Origin: Nannocystis bainbridge
GTDB taxonomy: Bacteria; Myxococcota_A; Polyangia; Nannocystales; Nannocystaceae
DNA: 64,000 bases
Reading direction: 5' to 3'
NCBI RefSeq assembly: GCF_028368995.1
Contig: NZ_JAQNDL010000001.1
Span: 448,001 to 512,000, forward strand
The position numbers were made by a program, and so were the translations under genes. A model generated the notes under the pieces. It was not told where the DNA came from, did no database searches, and was given only the letters and a program-made list of their open reading frames with translations. This document shows, one piece after another, positions 13,175 through 28,059 of the stretch (positions are counted from its first letter, which is position 1; every line of letters starts with the position of its first letter).

Positions 13175-14266
13175 ATGAACTTCGCATCGCGCCCCCTCTC
13201 GTCCCTGTCGCTCGTCCTCGCGCTCGCCGCCTGCGGCGACGGCGAGAACCCCCTCACTGCCACCACCACCGCCACCGCCACCGACACCGGCCCGACCAGC
13301 GACACCGCGCCGCAGACCACCACCGGCGACGACGGCACCACCACCGGCGACGACGACGACACCACCACCGGCACGCCCGACGATCCCACCACCACGACCA
13401 CCACCATGGGCGTCGATCCGTGCGACGCCTGCGGCGACGGGGCCAGCTGTCGCGGCGACACCTGCGTGTGCGACGAGGGCTTCGAGGGCGACGGCCAGAC
13501 CTGCACCGACCTCGACGAGTGCGCCGGCAAGAACGATTGTGCCGTCGACGCCACCTGCAACAACACCCCGGGCGGCTACGACTGCGCCTGCAACGACGGC
13601 TACAAGGGCAACGGCTTCACCTGCAGCGACATCGACGAGTGCACCGAAGACCGTGACATGTGCAGCCCGAACGCCGCCTGCGCCAACCAGGACGGCGGCT
13701 ACAAGTGCACTTGCAACGACGGCTTCACCGGCGACGGCTTCACCTGCAACGGCAGCAAGCAATTCGGCGAGAGCTGCGTGGCCGGTGAAGAGTGTGCGAC
13801 CGGCCTGTGCCTCGCCGGCGAGTTCGACATGTGCACCGTCACCTGCACCCAGGAAGTCGCCAACGACTGCGGCGCCCAGGGCGTGACCGGTCTGTGCGTC
13901 GAGGTCGGCAACGCCCAATACGCCTGCGCCGGCGACCTCACCTTCGGCGCCGACAAGGACGACGTGGTCCTGCAGGCCGGCGACAAGGTCGCGCGCGTGT
14001 TCCAGACCAAGACCGACGCCGACGTGTTCCTGGTCAACATCGTCATCGCCGGCGACTACGCCGTCTACGCCACCCCCGACCCGGACGACGACATCCAGCT
14101 CGACTTCTATCAGGCCGACGCCTCCGAGTTCGGCACCGCCAACATGTTCGGCATCGGCCAGGTCGAGTCCGCGGTGGTCACCACCCAGCCCGGCGTGTTC
14201 TTCGTGGTCGCCCGCAACATCGGCGCCAGCAACGGCGGCTACTCGATCGAGGTCGTCAAGCAATAG
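13175..14266 (+). CDS. Lipoprotein with calcium-binding EGF-like repeats and a C-terminal beta-sandwich (PPC-like)
   Basis: LALAAC lipobox, Thr/Asp stalk, DLDEC...CNNTPGGYDCAC and DIDEC...CANQDGGYKCTC. Confidence 0.88.
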   Translation: MNFASRPLSSLSLVLALAACGDGENPLTATTTATATDTGPTSDTAPQTTTGDDGTTTGDDDDTTTGTPDDPTTTTTTMGVDPCDACGDGASCRGDTCVCDEGFEGDGQTCTDLDECAGKNDCAVDATCNNTPGGYDCACNDGYKGNGFTCSDIDECTEDRDMCSPNAACANQDGGYKCTCNDGFTGDGFTCNGSKQFGESCVAGEECATGLCLAGEFDMCTVTCTQEVANDCGAQGVTGLCVEVGNAQYACAGDLTFGADKDDVVLQAGDKVARVFQTKTDADVFLVNIVIAGDYAVYATPDPDDDIQLDFYQADASEFGTANMFGIGQVESAVVTTQPGVFFVVARNIGASNGGYSIEVVKQ

Positions 14267-14435
14267 CCCGACGCGCAGCTCGGGCGGATCCCCGCGCCAC
14301 GCGGCCGGGGAGGTCCGGCGTCGGCGAGGCGCTCGCGTCGGCGACCTTCACGTCCCGCTCGAGCGCGAGCTTCGTCGACGCGGCCCGTCACCCGGGCAGC
14401 GCGGGCCTCGCCCCGGCGCTCCCCTGGACGCGGAC

Positions 14436-15323
14436 TTGTGGCAGGATGCCGCTCGCGCCGTGTCCACGCCCCCGTCCAGTCCGCCGGAGCCAGCCGGCGC
14501 GCGCGACCTCGCGGCCGCCCTCGACCGCGCCGTGATCCGCGGCGCGGCGGCCTGGCCCGGCCTCGAAGTCACGCCGGCGCTGTTCCGCGACTACCTCGCC
14601 GCGCGCGTGCCCGAGGTCGACCCGGCCGCGGCCCTCGAGGCGATGGCGCTCGAGGACCTCTACCTCGCCTGCGCCTGCGTCCTCGGCGACCGGCGGGCCA
14701 TCGCCGCCTTTACCGAGCGGTTCGTCAAGGTCAGCGTCGCCGCGGCCTCGCGCGCGCGCCGGGGCGGGCCGGCGGCCGACGACATGGTCCAGCTCGTGCT
14801 CGAGAAGCTGCTCGCCCCGCGCGGCGAGCAGCCGCCGCGGCTGGCCGAATTCGGCGGCCAGGGCGGCCTGCGGGCGTGGGTCCGCGTCACCGTCGTGCGC
14901 GCGGGCATCGACCTCGAGCGGACCCAGGCGCGCCGGATCGTCGCCGAGCCGGCCGAGCCGACCGCCGAGCTCGAGGCGCTGGCGACCACCACCGACCCCG
15001 AGCTCGACTACCTCAAGCAGCACTACCGCGACGCCTTCCGCGACGCCTTCGCGGCCGCCCTGGCCGAGCTCGACCCGCGCGCGCGCAACGCCCTGCGCCA
15101 CCACCTGGTCGATCAGCTCAGCATCGACCAGATCGGCGCCCTCCACGGCGTGCACCGGGCCACCGCCGCCCGCTGGATCGCCCGCAGCCGCGAGGCCCTG
15201 CTGGCCGGCACCCGCGACCAACTGCGCGCGCGCCTGCGGCTGAGCGAGGGCGAGTACGCCAGCATCATGCGCCTCATCGACAGCATGCTCGAGGTCAGCG
15301 TCCAGCGGCTGCTGTCGGGCTGA
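14436..15323 (+). CDS. Myxobacterial sigma-70-family factor (TIGR03001-like)
   Basis: EDLYLACACVLGD; GQGGLRAWVRV; DPELDYLKQHYRDAF; LSIDQIGALHGVHRATAARW. Confidence 0.85.
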   Translation: MWQDAARAVSTPPSSPPEPAGARDLAAALDRAVIRGAAAWPGLEVTPALFRDYLAARVPEVDPAAALEAMALEDLYLACACVLGDRRAIAAFTERFVKVSVAAASRARRGGPAADDMVQLVLEKLLAPRGEQPPRLAEFGGQGGLRAWVRVTVVRAGIDLERTQARRIVAEPAEPTAELEALATTTDPELDYLKQHYRDAFRDAFAAALAELDPRARNALRHHLVDQLSIDQIGALHGVHRATAARWIARSREALLAGTRDQLRARLRLSEGEYASIMRLIDSMLEVSVQRLLSG

Positions 15324-15326
15324 GCC

Positions 15327-15424
15327 GGACAGGTCCTCGAGGACATGTCCTCGCGGACCGGTCCTCGAAGACATGCCCCGAGGGTCATGTCCCTCGAAGC
15401 ATGCCCCTCGGGACATGCCCGTCG
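15327..15424. repeat. Seven-unit 14-bp tandem array of the GGACATGTCC palindrome
   Basis: ggacaggtcc-tcga/ggacatgtcc-tcgc/ggaccggtcc-tcga/agacatgccc-cgag/ggtcatgtcc-ctcg/aagcatgccc-ctcg/ggacatgccc-gtcg, lying between convergent genes. Confidence 0.9.
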
Positions 15425-15484
15425 AAGCCCTCTCTCCTTCGCGGCTTCGGGCTCGCGGACGCGCGAGAGCCTCACGACGCCGCT

Positions 15485-18541
<3,057 letters not shown>

Positions 18542-18804
18542 CCGCGCCGGAGGATAGTGCACGCCCGCCGCCGCCGTCGAGGCCGGCGATCCCCGTCTCG
18601 CCCGACCCCGCGCGCCACCTCGCTCCCTGCCGGGCCCCCCGGCGCGCGAATCGAGCGATCGCCACGCTGCGACGAATCCCCTGTCGGCGAATGACAGCGC
18701 CCTCTCTCCTCCATGCATTCGCCACGCCTCTCATTGTCACCACCCTGCGCGACGATGTCGCCCTTGCCACGACCTCCGTCGCCGCCTGACCGGGCGAAGG
18801 CCCC

Positions 18805-19601
18805 ATGGCTCGCCTTCGGCATGCTCCGCGAGGGCGCGCGCACCATCAGCGAGACCGAGATCCAGGGCGCCCTGCGCTTCAGCCTCGACAGGCCGCGGCT
18901 GGACACCGCCTTCAACAAGATCGACCTCGAGCTCAATTCCCGCGACCTGCCGCCCTCGGGCGAGGTCGACGGCGACGACTCGGTCCAGTTGTCATCGGTC
19001 CAGCAGATGTTCGGCCGCCTCGAGGTCCAATGGCTCGCCGAATTCCTCGACGTCCTCGCGGTCCATTACGGCAGCGGCCTGCGCCTGCTCGACATCGGCG
19101 GCGACCCCGAAGGCGCGCGCCTCGCCATCAATCAATGGGTCGCGGGCGAGACCCATGAAAAGATCCTCGAGCTCCTGCCGCCGATGTCGATCTACCCCAC
19201 GGTCACCGGCGTCCTGATCAACGCGATGTACCTCAAGGCGCCGTGGAAGTTCGCGTTCGACGAGGTCCAGGAGGGCGTGCCGTTCACCCGCGCCGACGGC
19301 GTCGCGGTCGACGTGGCGATGATGCGCGTCGCCACCGAGGACGCCTGGTACCACAAGGGCGCCGGCTTCGAGGCCCTCGAGCTGCCCCTGCGCGGCGAAT
19401 CGCTGTCGATGGCCTTCATCCTCCCCGACGCCGGCACCTTCGACGCCTACGTCGAAGCCCTCGACGGTCGAGGACTCCGACGGCGGCGTCTGGCCCGAGG
19501 CGACCTTCACCGCCGACCGGCCGTTCCTGTTCGCCGTCCGCGACCGCAAGACCGACAGCCTGCTGTTCTTCGGCCGCGTGCTCGACCCGACCGCGCTCTG
19601 A
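18805..19601 (+). pseudogene. Serpin remnant (5' truncated, with internal deletion and frameshift)
   Basis: INQWVAGETHEKI...LINAMYLKAPW...LELPL...SMAFILP in one frame; the serpin C-terminus FTADRPFLFAVRD...LLFFGRVLDP* is in another frame from 19470. Confidence 0.85.
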
Positions 19602-19944
19602 GCCTCGCGGCCCGCCAGCGGGGGCGCGTCGCGGTCACGGCGATGCGTCCCTCGCTCGCGTCCGCGCGGCCGACGACGCGTGGATGAATCGATCGTTCTT
19701 GCTGCCGGAATTATCGTCGCCCCGCGCCTGCAGGCCAGCGCCCACCTCACCCACGGCCGCGGAACGTGGGGCATTTCCCGCCTCGGCACGTGAGGATCCC
19801 GGTTCGCTTGCCAGCGCGATGCCCGCGAACGCATGCCGCCACGCGGGACGTCCGCTCACTGTCGAGGACGTGCAGCGTGACGAAGAACCGGGGTTGCTCG
19901 CGTTGCCGAACGCATCATACAGCGAGTACCACCCGCTTGGTCGT

Positions 19945-21455
19945 ATGAGCCGAACCGTCCCCACAGCCTTCTCGCAGCCGCGCGCGCCGACCGGGATCTC
20001 CGGCCTCGACGACATCCTCGGCGGGGGTCTCCCGCGGGATCACCTGTACCTCTTCGAGGGGGCGCCGGGCTCGGGAAAGACCACTTTCGGCCTGCAGTTC
20101 CTGCTCGAAGGCCGGGACCGCGGCGAGGTCGGGCTCTACATCACCCTGTCCGAGACACGCAGCGAGCTCGAGATCGTCGCCGCCTCGCATGGCTGGTCGC
20201 TCGACGGCATCCGCGTGTTCGAGCTGCTCTCGCCCGACCATCTGAGCCCCGACGCGGCGCAGACGATCCTCCACCCGTCCGAGGTCGAGCTCGGGGAGAC
20301 CGTCGACGGCGTGCTCCGGGCGATCGAGCGGGAGCAGCCGACGCGGGTCGTGTTCGACAGCCTGTCCGAGATGCGGATGCTGGCCCAAGATCCGCTGCGC
20401 TATCGCCGGCAGATCCTCGCGCTCAAGCACATCTTCGCCCGCAAGCAGTGCACCGTCATCATGCTCGACGACCGGACCAGCGCGCAGCAGGACTTGCAGC
20501 TGCACAGCATCGCCCACGGCGTCCTCGGCCTCGAGCAGCACACCCACCAGTACGGGCCCGAGCGCCGCTGCCTGCGGGTGAGCAAGCTGCGGGGCCTCAA
20601 GTATCGCGGCGGCGATCACGACTACGAGATCCGCACCGGCGGCATCGAGGTCTACCCGCGGCTCGTGGCCTCGGAGCACCGCGCCGGCGTCGAGCACACC
20701 ATGGTCTCGAGCGGCAACCGGGGTCTCGACAGCCTCCTCGGCGGCGGCCTCAGCCGCGGGACGAGCGTCCTGTTCAGCGGGCCGGCCGGCGCCGGCAAGA
20801 CCACCACCGCGCTCGCCTGCGTCCAGGCGGCCCTCGAGCGCGGCGAGCGGTGCGCCTTCTATCTCTTCGACGAGAGCCTGTCGATCATGCTGAAGCGGGC
20901 GACGGCGCTGGGCATCGAAGTCGGCAAGTACATCGAGTCCGGGACGCTCGAGCTGGTCCAGCTCGACCCGGCGGAGATGTCGGCCGGGGAGTTCGCCCAC
21001 CGGGTGCGCGAGGCCGTCGAGGCCGGCGCGCAGACGGTGGTCATCGACAGCCTCAACGCTTACTTGCACGCCATGCCGGGCAGCCGCTTCCTGGTGTTGC
21101 AGATGCACGAGCTGCTCGCCTACCTCAACCAGAAGGGGGTCATCACGCTCCTCATCCTGGGCCAGCACGGCGTGCTCGGCGAGGGCCGCACGGACGTCGA
21201 CCTCAGTTATCTCAGCGATTCGATGCTGCTGTTCCGCTACTTCGAGGCGCGCGGGCGGCTGCTCAAGGCGATGTCTGTCACCAAGAGCCGCACCAACCCC
21301 CACGAGTCGACGATCCGCGAGTTCCGGCTGACGGCCCGCGGCATCGAGATCGGCGACATCTTGCTCGACTTCCAGGGCGTGCTCGGCGGCGTCCCCCACT
21401 ACGACGGCGTGCGTCCGCTGCTGGCCGACCGCGACGGCAAGGGCGCGGCCAAGGG

Positions 21456-21459
<4 letters not shown>
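19945..21459 (+). CDS. KaiC-family double-domain ATPase
   Basis: TGISGLDDILGGG/GAPGSGKT and SGNRGLDSLLGGG/GPAGAGKT; RVVFDSL and VVIDSL Walker B. Confidence 0.92.
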
Positions 21460-23132
<1,673 letters not shown>

Positions 23133-23156
23133 ACGCCGCGGCGTGAGGCGCCGGCG

Positions 23157-23396
23157 CTCGCGCGATTGTCCGAGACGCGACTCCGAGGCACGGACCGGCG
23201 CGCGCGACCGTCAATGCCGCGACTCCACGGCACGGACCGGCGCGCGCGACCATCAATGCCGCGACTCCGCAACACAAACAATCGCGCGCGCGGCCGTCAA
23301 TGCCGCGACTCCGCGGCCCGGACAGTCGCGCGCGCCACTGTCAGTGCCGCGACTCCGCGGCGGTGACCGGCGCGCGCGGCCGCGTCGACCGGCGCG
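23157..23396. repeat. Tandem array of five 42-44 bp palindromic units (REP/BIME-like)
   Basis: Core GCGACTCC starts at 23177, 23219, 23261, 23305 and 23349; consensus CGCGCGCGRCCRTCAATGCCGCGACTCCGCGGC..GGAC. Confidence 0.88.
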
Positions 23397-23970
23397 TGTA
23401 CTCGGCGATGTGCTCGATGCCCGCCACCGCGGCCCGGAACGCTCGCGCCAGCGGCCGGTGCGTCGCCGCCTCGAGCGCCCGCTCCGGATGCGCCGCGAAC
23501 CACTCGAGCGCGTGCTCGGCCTCGACCACCAGCGCCTGCCGCCGCTCGAGCCAGGCGACGCACCAGTCGGCGAGTTCGACCGCGCCGTCGCGGCGGGCCA
23601 CCTGCTCGAACAGCGTCACCAGATCGATCCCGTGGCGCACGCCCAGCAGCGTGCCGCGATACGAGCGCTCGAGGCTGAGGAACAGGTCCGCGACCTGATT
23701 GCGGACCACCGAGAACGCCGAGCCCACCGCGCGGCCGCCCGTGCTGACCGGCAGCTCGTGGCGCTCGATCAGCCCCGGCAGCTCCGCCAGCGCCGACTCG
23801 GCGTGCGCGGCGATCGCTCGGAAGATCCGCGCCGGCGGGACATCGCCCAGGCGCTCCGCTTCGATGATGGGGTGACGCTGCGCCGATTGCTCGGTCTGGA
23901 ACAGCTCACGCGAAAGATTGCCCAGCCAGGCGCGAACGTCCGTCGCCTGCTCCTCGGAAACCTGGTTCAT
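23341..23970 (-). CDS. Hypothetical all-helical protein (possibly ferritin-like)
   Basis: ELFQTEQSAQRHP...IAAHAE...SYRGTLLGVRHGID; its stop codon lies in the last repeat unit. Confidence 0.65.
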   Translation of the reverse strand: MNQVSEEQATDVRAWLGNLSRELFQTEQSAQRHPIIEAERLGDVPPARIFRAIAAHAESALAELPGLIERHELPVSTGGRAVGSAFSVVRNQVADLFLSLERSYRGTLLGVRHGIDLVTLFEQVARRDGAVELADWCVAWLERRQALVVEAEHALEWFAAHPERALEAATHRPLARAFRAAVAGIEHIAEYTRRSTRPRAPVTAAESRH

Positions 23971-24201
23971 GCGCCGAACTGTGGCGGGTATGTACGGACT
24001 GGCAATCGCCCGCCCCGCCGACGACCCCCGTGGGGCCCGCGGCGGGGGAATTTGCCGTTCCATTCGCGGCTCGCCGCAGGTATGCGCCGATAGCGCTATC
24101 CCGATCCGAATCCATTGGGTTTCCAGCCGGGCTCGCTCGCCCCGCGGTCCTGTCCATGACCTGGCATTCTCTCGCGCAGTCATTGCCCACAGCGCCGGCG
24201 G

Positions 24202-25425
24202 TCAGCCGGCCCCGCTCGCCGTCGGCATCGTGAACGTGAAGCAGGTCGACTCCTCGTCCGAGTGCACGTCGAGCCGCCCCCCGTGCGACCGCGCGATCTC
24301 GGCGGCGATGTAGAGCCCGAGCCCGAGGCCCTCTCCCGGCCGCTTGCGGGCCCCGCGACGGAACGGCTGAAACAGCCGCACCTGCTCGTCGTCCGGGATC
24401 GCCGGCCCGCGATTGGTCACCGACAGCACGAACCTCGCCTCGTCGGCGAACGCCAGCACATCGACCGGTTGGTCGGGGGCCCCGTGGACCAGCGCGTTCT
24501 TCAGCAGGTTCGCCAGCAGCTGGGCCAGGCGCCGGCTGTCACACATCACCGGCACGGGCACCTCGATGCGGGCCTGGACCGACCGCTCGGCGTGCGCGCT
24601 CTGCAGCTCGGCGATGACCTGGTACAGCTCGGCTCGCAGCTGCCCGCTCGCGCGGCGCTCGACCGCCATCTCGCCGCCCATGCGCCCGCGGGTGAAGTCG
24701 AGGACATCGTCGATCCGCGCCGCGACCTGCCCGGCGCTGCGGCCGATCCGCTCGACCACCTGCATCGACTCCGGGGCCAGCGCCATCCGCCGCAGCAGCT
24801 CGGCGCCCGTCACGATCGACGCCAGCGGCGTGCGAACGTCGTGGCCGAGCACCGCGATGAATTGCTCGCGCAGCTCGGCGGTCTCGCGCTCGTGCTGCAC
24901 CGGCGTGCGGGCCCCGGCGTGCCGCTTCTCGCCGTCGATCTGCAGCGAGATGAGCTGGGCGAACATCGACATGGTTCGCAGGATCGCCGGATCCGACACC
25001 GTGCGGGGCAGCGGATCGATGGCGCACAGGCTGCCGAAATAGCTGCCGTCGGCCCGGTAGAGCGGGAACGACAGGTAGCTCTCGATGTTGTAAAGCTTCG
25101 GTGTCGGGTGATCGCAATATTCAGGGTCGAGGGAGGCGTGATTGATGACCACCGGCGCCTGCTGGGTCCGTACCTTGCGACACAGCGTCGTCGTCACGTC
25201 GAGCGGGTCGCCGGGCTTGATGCCGACTTTGATGCGATCGAGCACCGCGCAGGCGGCCCACGAGTCCTCGGTCACGCGCGCGACGCAGACGAAGCGCATC
25301 CCCGTGACGTCGGCGATGACGCGCAAGATCGGCGCCACCATGGGGATGGCCGCCACGGCGGCGATATCCGCCGCCAGCGTGGCGTCCATGCTGTCGCTAC
25401 GAGGGGACTCGAATGGAGCGTTCAC
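24202..25425 (-). CDS. GAF-domain sensor histidine kinase
   Basis: GMRFVCVARVT...HPTPKLYNIESY GAF; VLGHDVRTPL H-box; GLGLGLYI. Alternative start 25389. Confidence 0.92.
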   Translation of the reverse strand: MNAPFESPRSDSMDATLAADIAAVAAIPMVAPILRVIADVTGMRFVCVARVTEDSWAACAVLDRIKVGIKPGDPLDVTTTLCRKVRTQQAPVVINHASLDPEYCDHPTPKLYNIESYLSFPLYRADGSYFGSLCAIDPLPRTVSDPAILRTMSMFAQLISLQIDGEKRHAGARTPVQHERETAELREQFIAVLGHDVRTPLASIVTGAELLRRMALAPESMQVVERIGRSAGQVAARIDDVLDFTRGRMGGEMAVERRASGQLRAELYQVIAELQSAHAERSVQARIEVPVPVMCDSRRLAQLLANLLKNALVHGAPDQPVDVLAFADEARFVLSVTNRGPAIPDDEQVRLFQPFRRGARKRPGEGLGLGLYIAAEIARSHGGRLDVHSDEESTCFTFTMPTASGAG

Positions 25426-25725
25426 CAGTCGAGAACACTAACAGAGGCCGCGCAAGCCCGCGCTGCGGCGCCTCGGCCGCACCAGCGCACAGCCCGCCGT
25501 ACGCGCCCCGGGAGCCCGCGCCGGTCCATCGACGAACATCGTTTCGACCGGCGTCGACGCTGTCATCGTCCCGCCGACAGCCATCATTCTCGCGCACACC
25601 CGGGTCGAGCCCGCGGCGACGTGATCTCGAGCGCAGCCGATCGCGTCGGTCCCCGGACCGCGGTGACTGCCACCCGCTCCGCGCCCCCCTGCGGCGACCC
25701 CGAGTCAGTCACTGGCGCAATGACT

Positions 25726-27177
25726 TCACCGCGCGGGAGCCTTGCGGATCGCCAGGCTCAGCGGCACTGCCACCAGCGCCACGATCGTCGCCACCAGGTA
25801 CACATCGTTGATGCCGGCCACCAGCGACAGCTCGGCGATCCTCCCGGGCTCCGTCACCCCTTGCCCCGCCAGCGACTCGGCCGCCCGGGCCGAGAACAGC
25901 GCCAGCAGCGACGTGAAGATGGCGATCGAGAACGCCCCGAACACGTTGCGCAGCCAGTTGCTGATCGACGACGCGTGGCCGCTGAGCTCGCGCGGGATCT
26001 CCTCCATCCCCGCGTTGCTGGCCGGCATCATCGCCAGCGAGATGCCCACGTTGCGCACCAGCATCCACAGCAGCACGTAGGTCTGCGACACCTCGGGCGT
26101 CAGGCGGCTCAGGGCGAACGTGCCGCCCGCGATCATCAGCACCCCGGCCGTCATCAGCGCGCGCGGACCGATCCGGCCGTACACGCGCCCGACCACCGGC
26201 ATCAGCAGCGCCATCGCCAGCGACGCCGGCAGCAGGATCAGCCCGGTCGCCAGCGGCGTCACCCCCTGCACCGTCTGCAGGAACACCGGCACCAGGAACG
26301 CGCCCGAGTACAGGCTGATCGTGATGATGGACGCCACGATCAGCGTCACCAGATAGCGGCGATTCGTCAGCACCCGCAGGTCGAGCAGCGGGTGGCGCGT
26401 GCGCAGCTCGCGGACCACGAACCCCACCAGCGACAGCGTCCCGAGCAGCAGCAGCCCCACGGTGCTGCCATTCGTCCAGCCCCACTCGCGCCCCTGGCTC
26501 AGCGCGATCAGCAGCGCCAGCGTGCCCGTGATCACCGTGACGAGCCCCGGCAGGTCGAACGCCTGCGGCGCCTGCAGGCGGTAGTACGGGATGGTCCGGT
26601 TGGCCAGCGCCACCGCGAGCACGCCGAGCGGCACATTGATGAAGAACAGCCAGCGCCAGTCGGCCAGCGTGATCAGCCAGCCGGCGAACGTCGGCCCGAA
26701 CGCCGGCGCCAGGCTGGCCGAAAGGCTCCACAGGCTGGCCGCCAGCGCCTGCCGTTCGCGCGGCAAAAGCTGGTAGATGAGCGTCATCGTCACCGGCATG
26801 ATGGCGCCGCAGAACGCCCCCTGGACGAAGCGAAACGCCACCAGCGAGCGCGTGTCCCAGGCCATCCCGCACAGCACCGAAGTCAGCGTGAAGCCGACCA
26901 GGCTCGCCACGTACAGCCGCTTGAAGCTGAAGCGCCCGCCGAGGTAGCCGGTCAGCGGCGCGCTGGTCCCCATCGCCAGCATGAAGCCGGTCAGCGTCCA
27001 CTGCAGCAGCGACAGCTCGGCGCCGAAGTAGCGCTGCAGCTCGGGGATGGCGATCGTGATCGTGCTCGAGCTGAGCACCGACATGAACGACCCGACGAAC
27101 AGGGCGAACATGAACGGCCAGAAGCGGGTCACGCGCGGCTCTTCGGGCGGCGGCTGCATCGGGCGGGCCGTCCCCAT
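25726..27177 (-). CDS. MFS drug efflux transporter, DHA2 (EmrB/QacA-like)
   Basis: About 14 hydrophobic segments; 'WRWLFFINVPLG'. Confidence 0.92.
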   Translation of the reverse strand: MGTARPMQPPPEEPRVTRFWPFMFALFVGSFMSVLSSSTITIAIPELQRYFGAELSLLQWTLTGFMLAMGTSAPLTGYLGGRFSFKRLYVASLVGFTLTSVLCGMAWDTRSLVAFRFVQGAFCGAIMPVTMTLIYQLLPRERQALAASLWSLSASLAPAFGPTFAGWLITLADWRWLFFINVPLGVLAVALANRTIPYYRLQAPQAFDLPGLVTVITGTLALLIALSQGREWGWTNGSTVGLLLLGTLSLVGFVVRELRTRHPLLDLRVLTNRRYLVTLIVASIITISLYSGAFLVPVFLQTVQGVTPLATGLILLPASLAMALLMPVVGRVYGRIGPRALMTAGVLMIAGGTFALSRLTPEVSQTYVLLWMLVRNVGISLAMMPASNAGMEEIPRELSGHASSISNWLRNVFGAFSIAIFTSLLALFSARAAESLAGQGVTEPGRIAELSLVAGINDVYLVATIVALVAVPLSLAIRKAPAR

Positions 27178-27347
27178 ACCAGCACAGCCGCCCCGCCGTC
27201 ACGCGCCCGCGTCGTGCGTCACGCGCACGCGCAGTCACGCCCGCGGGCCTCGTCCGCGTGAGGCCCGCCGCACGCCTCACGGTCGCGCAGCCCGAGAGGC
27301 CGCACGCTGCGCTCGCGCCCGCTCGTGCGGACCGGCCGCGGCTCACC

Positions 27348-28022
27348 TCAGAACTGGCACAGCGTCTCGGCTTCGTCGGACATGTCCGCGCAATCCGCCT
27401 CGCCGTCGCAGATGAACGTCCCCGGCACGACATCGCCGGATTCGCAGGTGAAGGGCGGCGAGTCCTCGCATTGCCCCTCGATCGCTACCGTGGCGGCCGG
27501 GAACTGCTTGCCGCAGGCACTGTACGCGCCGGAGAACGCGCCGGAGCAGTCCCACTCGGGCTGGGTGTCGTATTGCTCGCACGTGACGGGCGCCATGCAC
27601 TCGTGATAGGCGAGCTCGGCGGCCGTCCGGCAATCCACGTACGCCGCGTGCATCGGCTCCGCCGCCTCGAGCTCGCACAGGCAGGCGACATACCCGTCAC
27701 TGTCGGGGTCGCGCCCTTCCTCGCAGGTCGCCACGTCGGGGTCGAACCCGAACTCGACGGCGCACGGACAGTATTGCTCGACGCCAGCGCGCGCGGCCGC
27801 AGCGTAGCGATCACAGGCCCGCGCCATCGCCCCGCCGGTGGTGCTCGTGGAGCCGTCGGTGGTCGGCGCGTCGGCGGTGGTGCCGTCGCTGCCGCCCGCG
27901 CTCGTCGTCGTCGTCGAATCGCCCGGGCCCTCCGTGGTGGGCTCCTGCTTCGTCGAACCGGGACAGGCCGCGACGCCCAGGCATGTCGCCACAGCGCAAA
28001 TCAATCCATACGACCGGGTCAT
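27348..28022 (-). CDS. Lipoprotein with a C-terminal LDL-receptor class A repeat
   Basis: GVAAC lipobox, Thr stalk, FTCESG...ICDGEADCADMSDE. Confidence 0.8.
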   Translation of the reverse strand: MTRSYGLICAVATCLGVAACPGSTKQEPTTEGPGDSTTTTSAGGSDGTTADAPTTDGSTSTTGGAMARACDRYAAAARAGVEQYCPCAVEFGFDPDVATCEEGRDPDSDGYVACLCELEAAEPMHAAYVDCRTAAELAYHECMAPVTCEQYDTQPEWDCSGAFSGAYSACGKQFPAATVAIEGQCEDSPPFTCESGDVVPGTFICDGEADCADMSDEAETLCQF

Positions 28023-28059
28023 GGCGCCATCGTAGCTCGAGGCTCGCGGCCCCGGCACG

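Noticed and set aside
15327-15424. GGACATGTCC matches the p53 half-site RRRCWWGYYY
   Set aside because: Coincidental match in a bacterium; no functional inference drawn.
23157-23396. CRISPR interpretation of the 42-44 bp array
   Set aside because: Variable parts are about 14 nt and mutually homologous; no cas genes or leader in the window.
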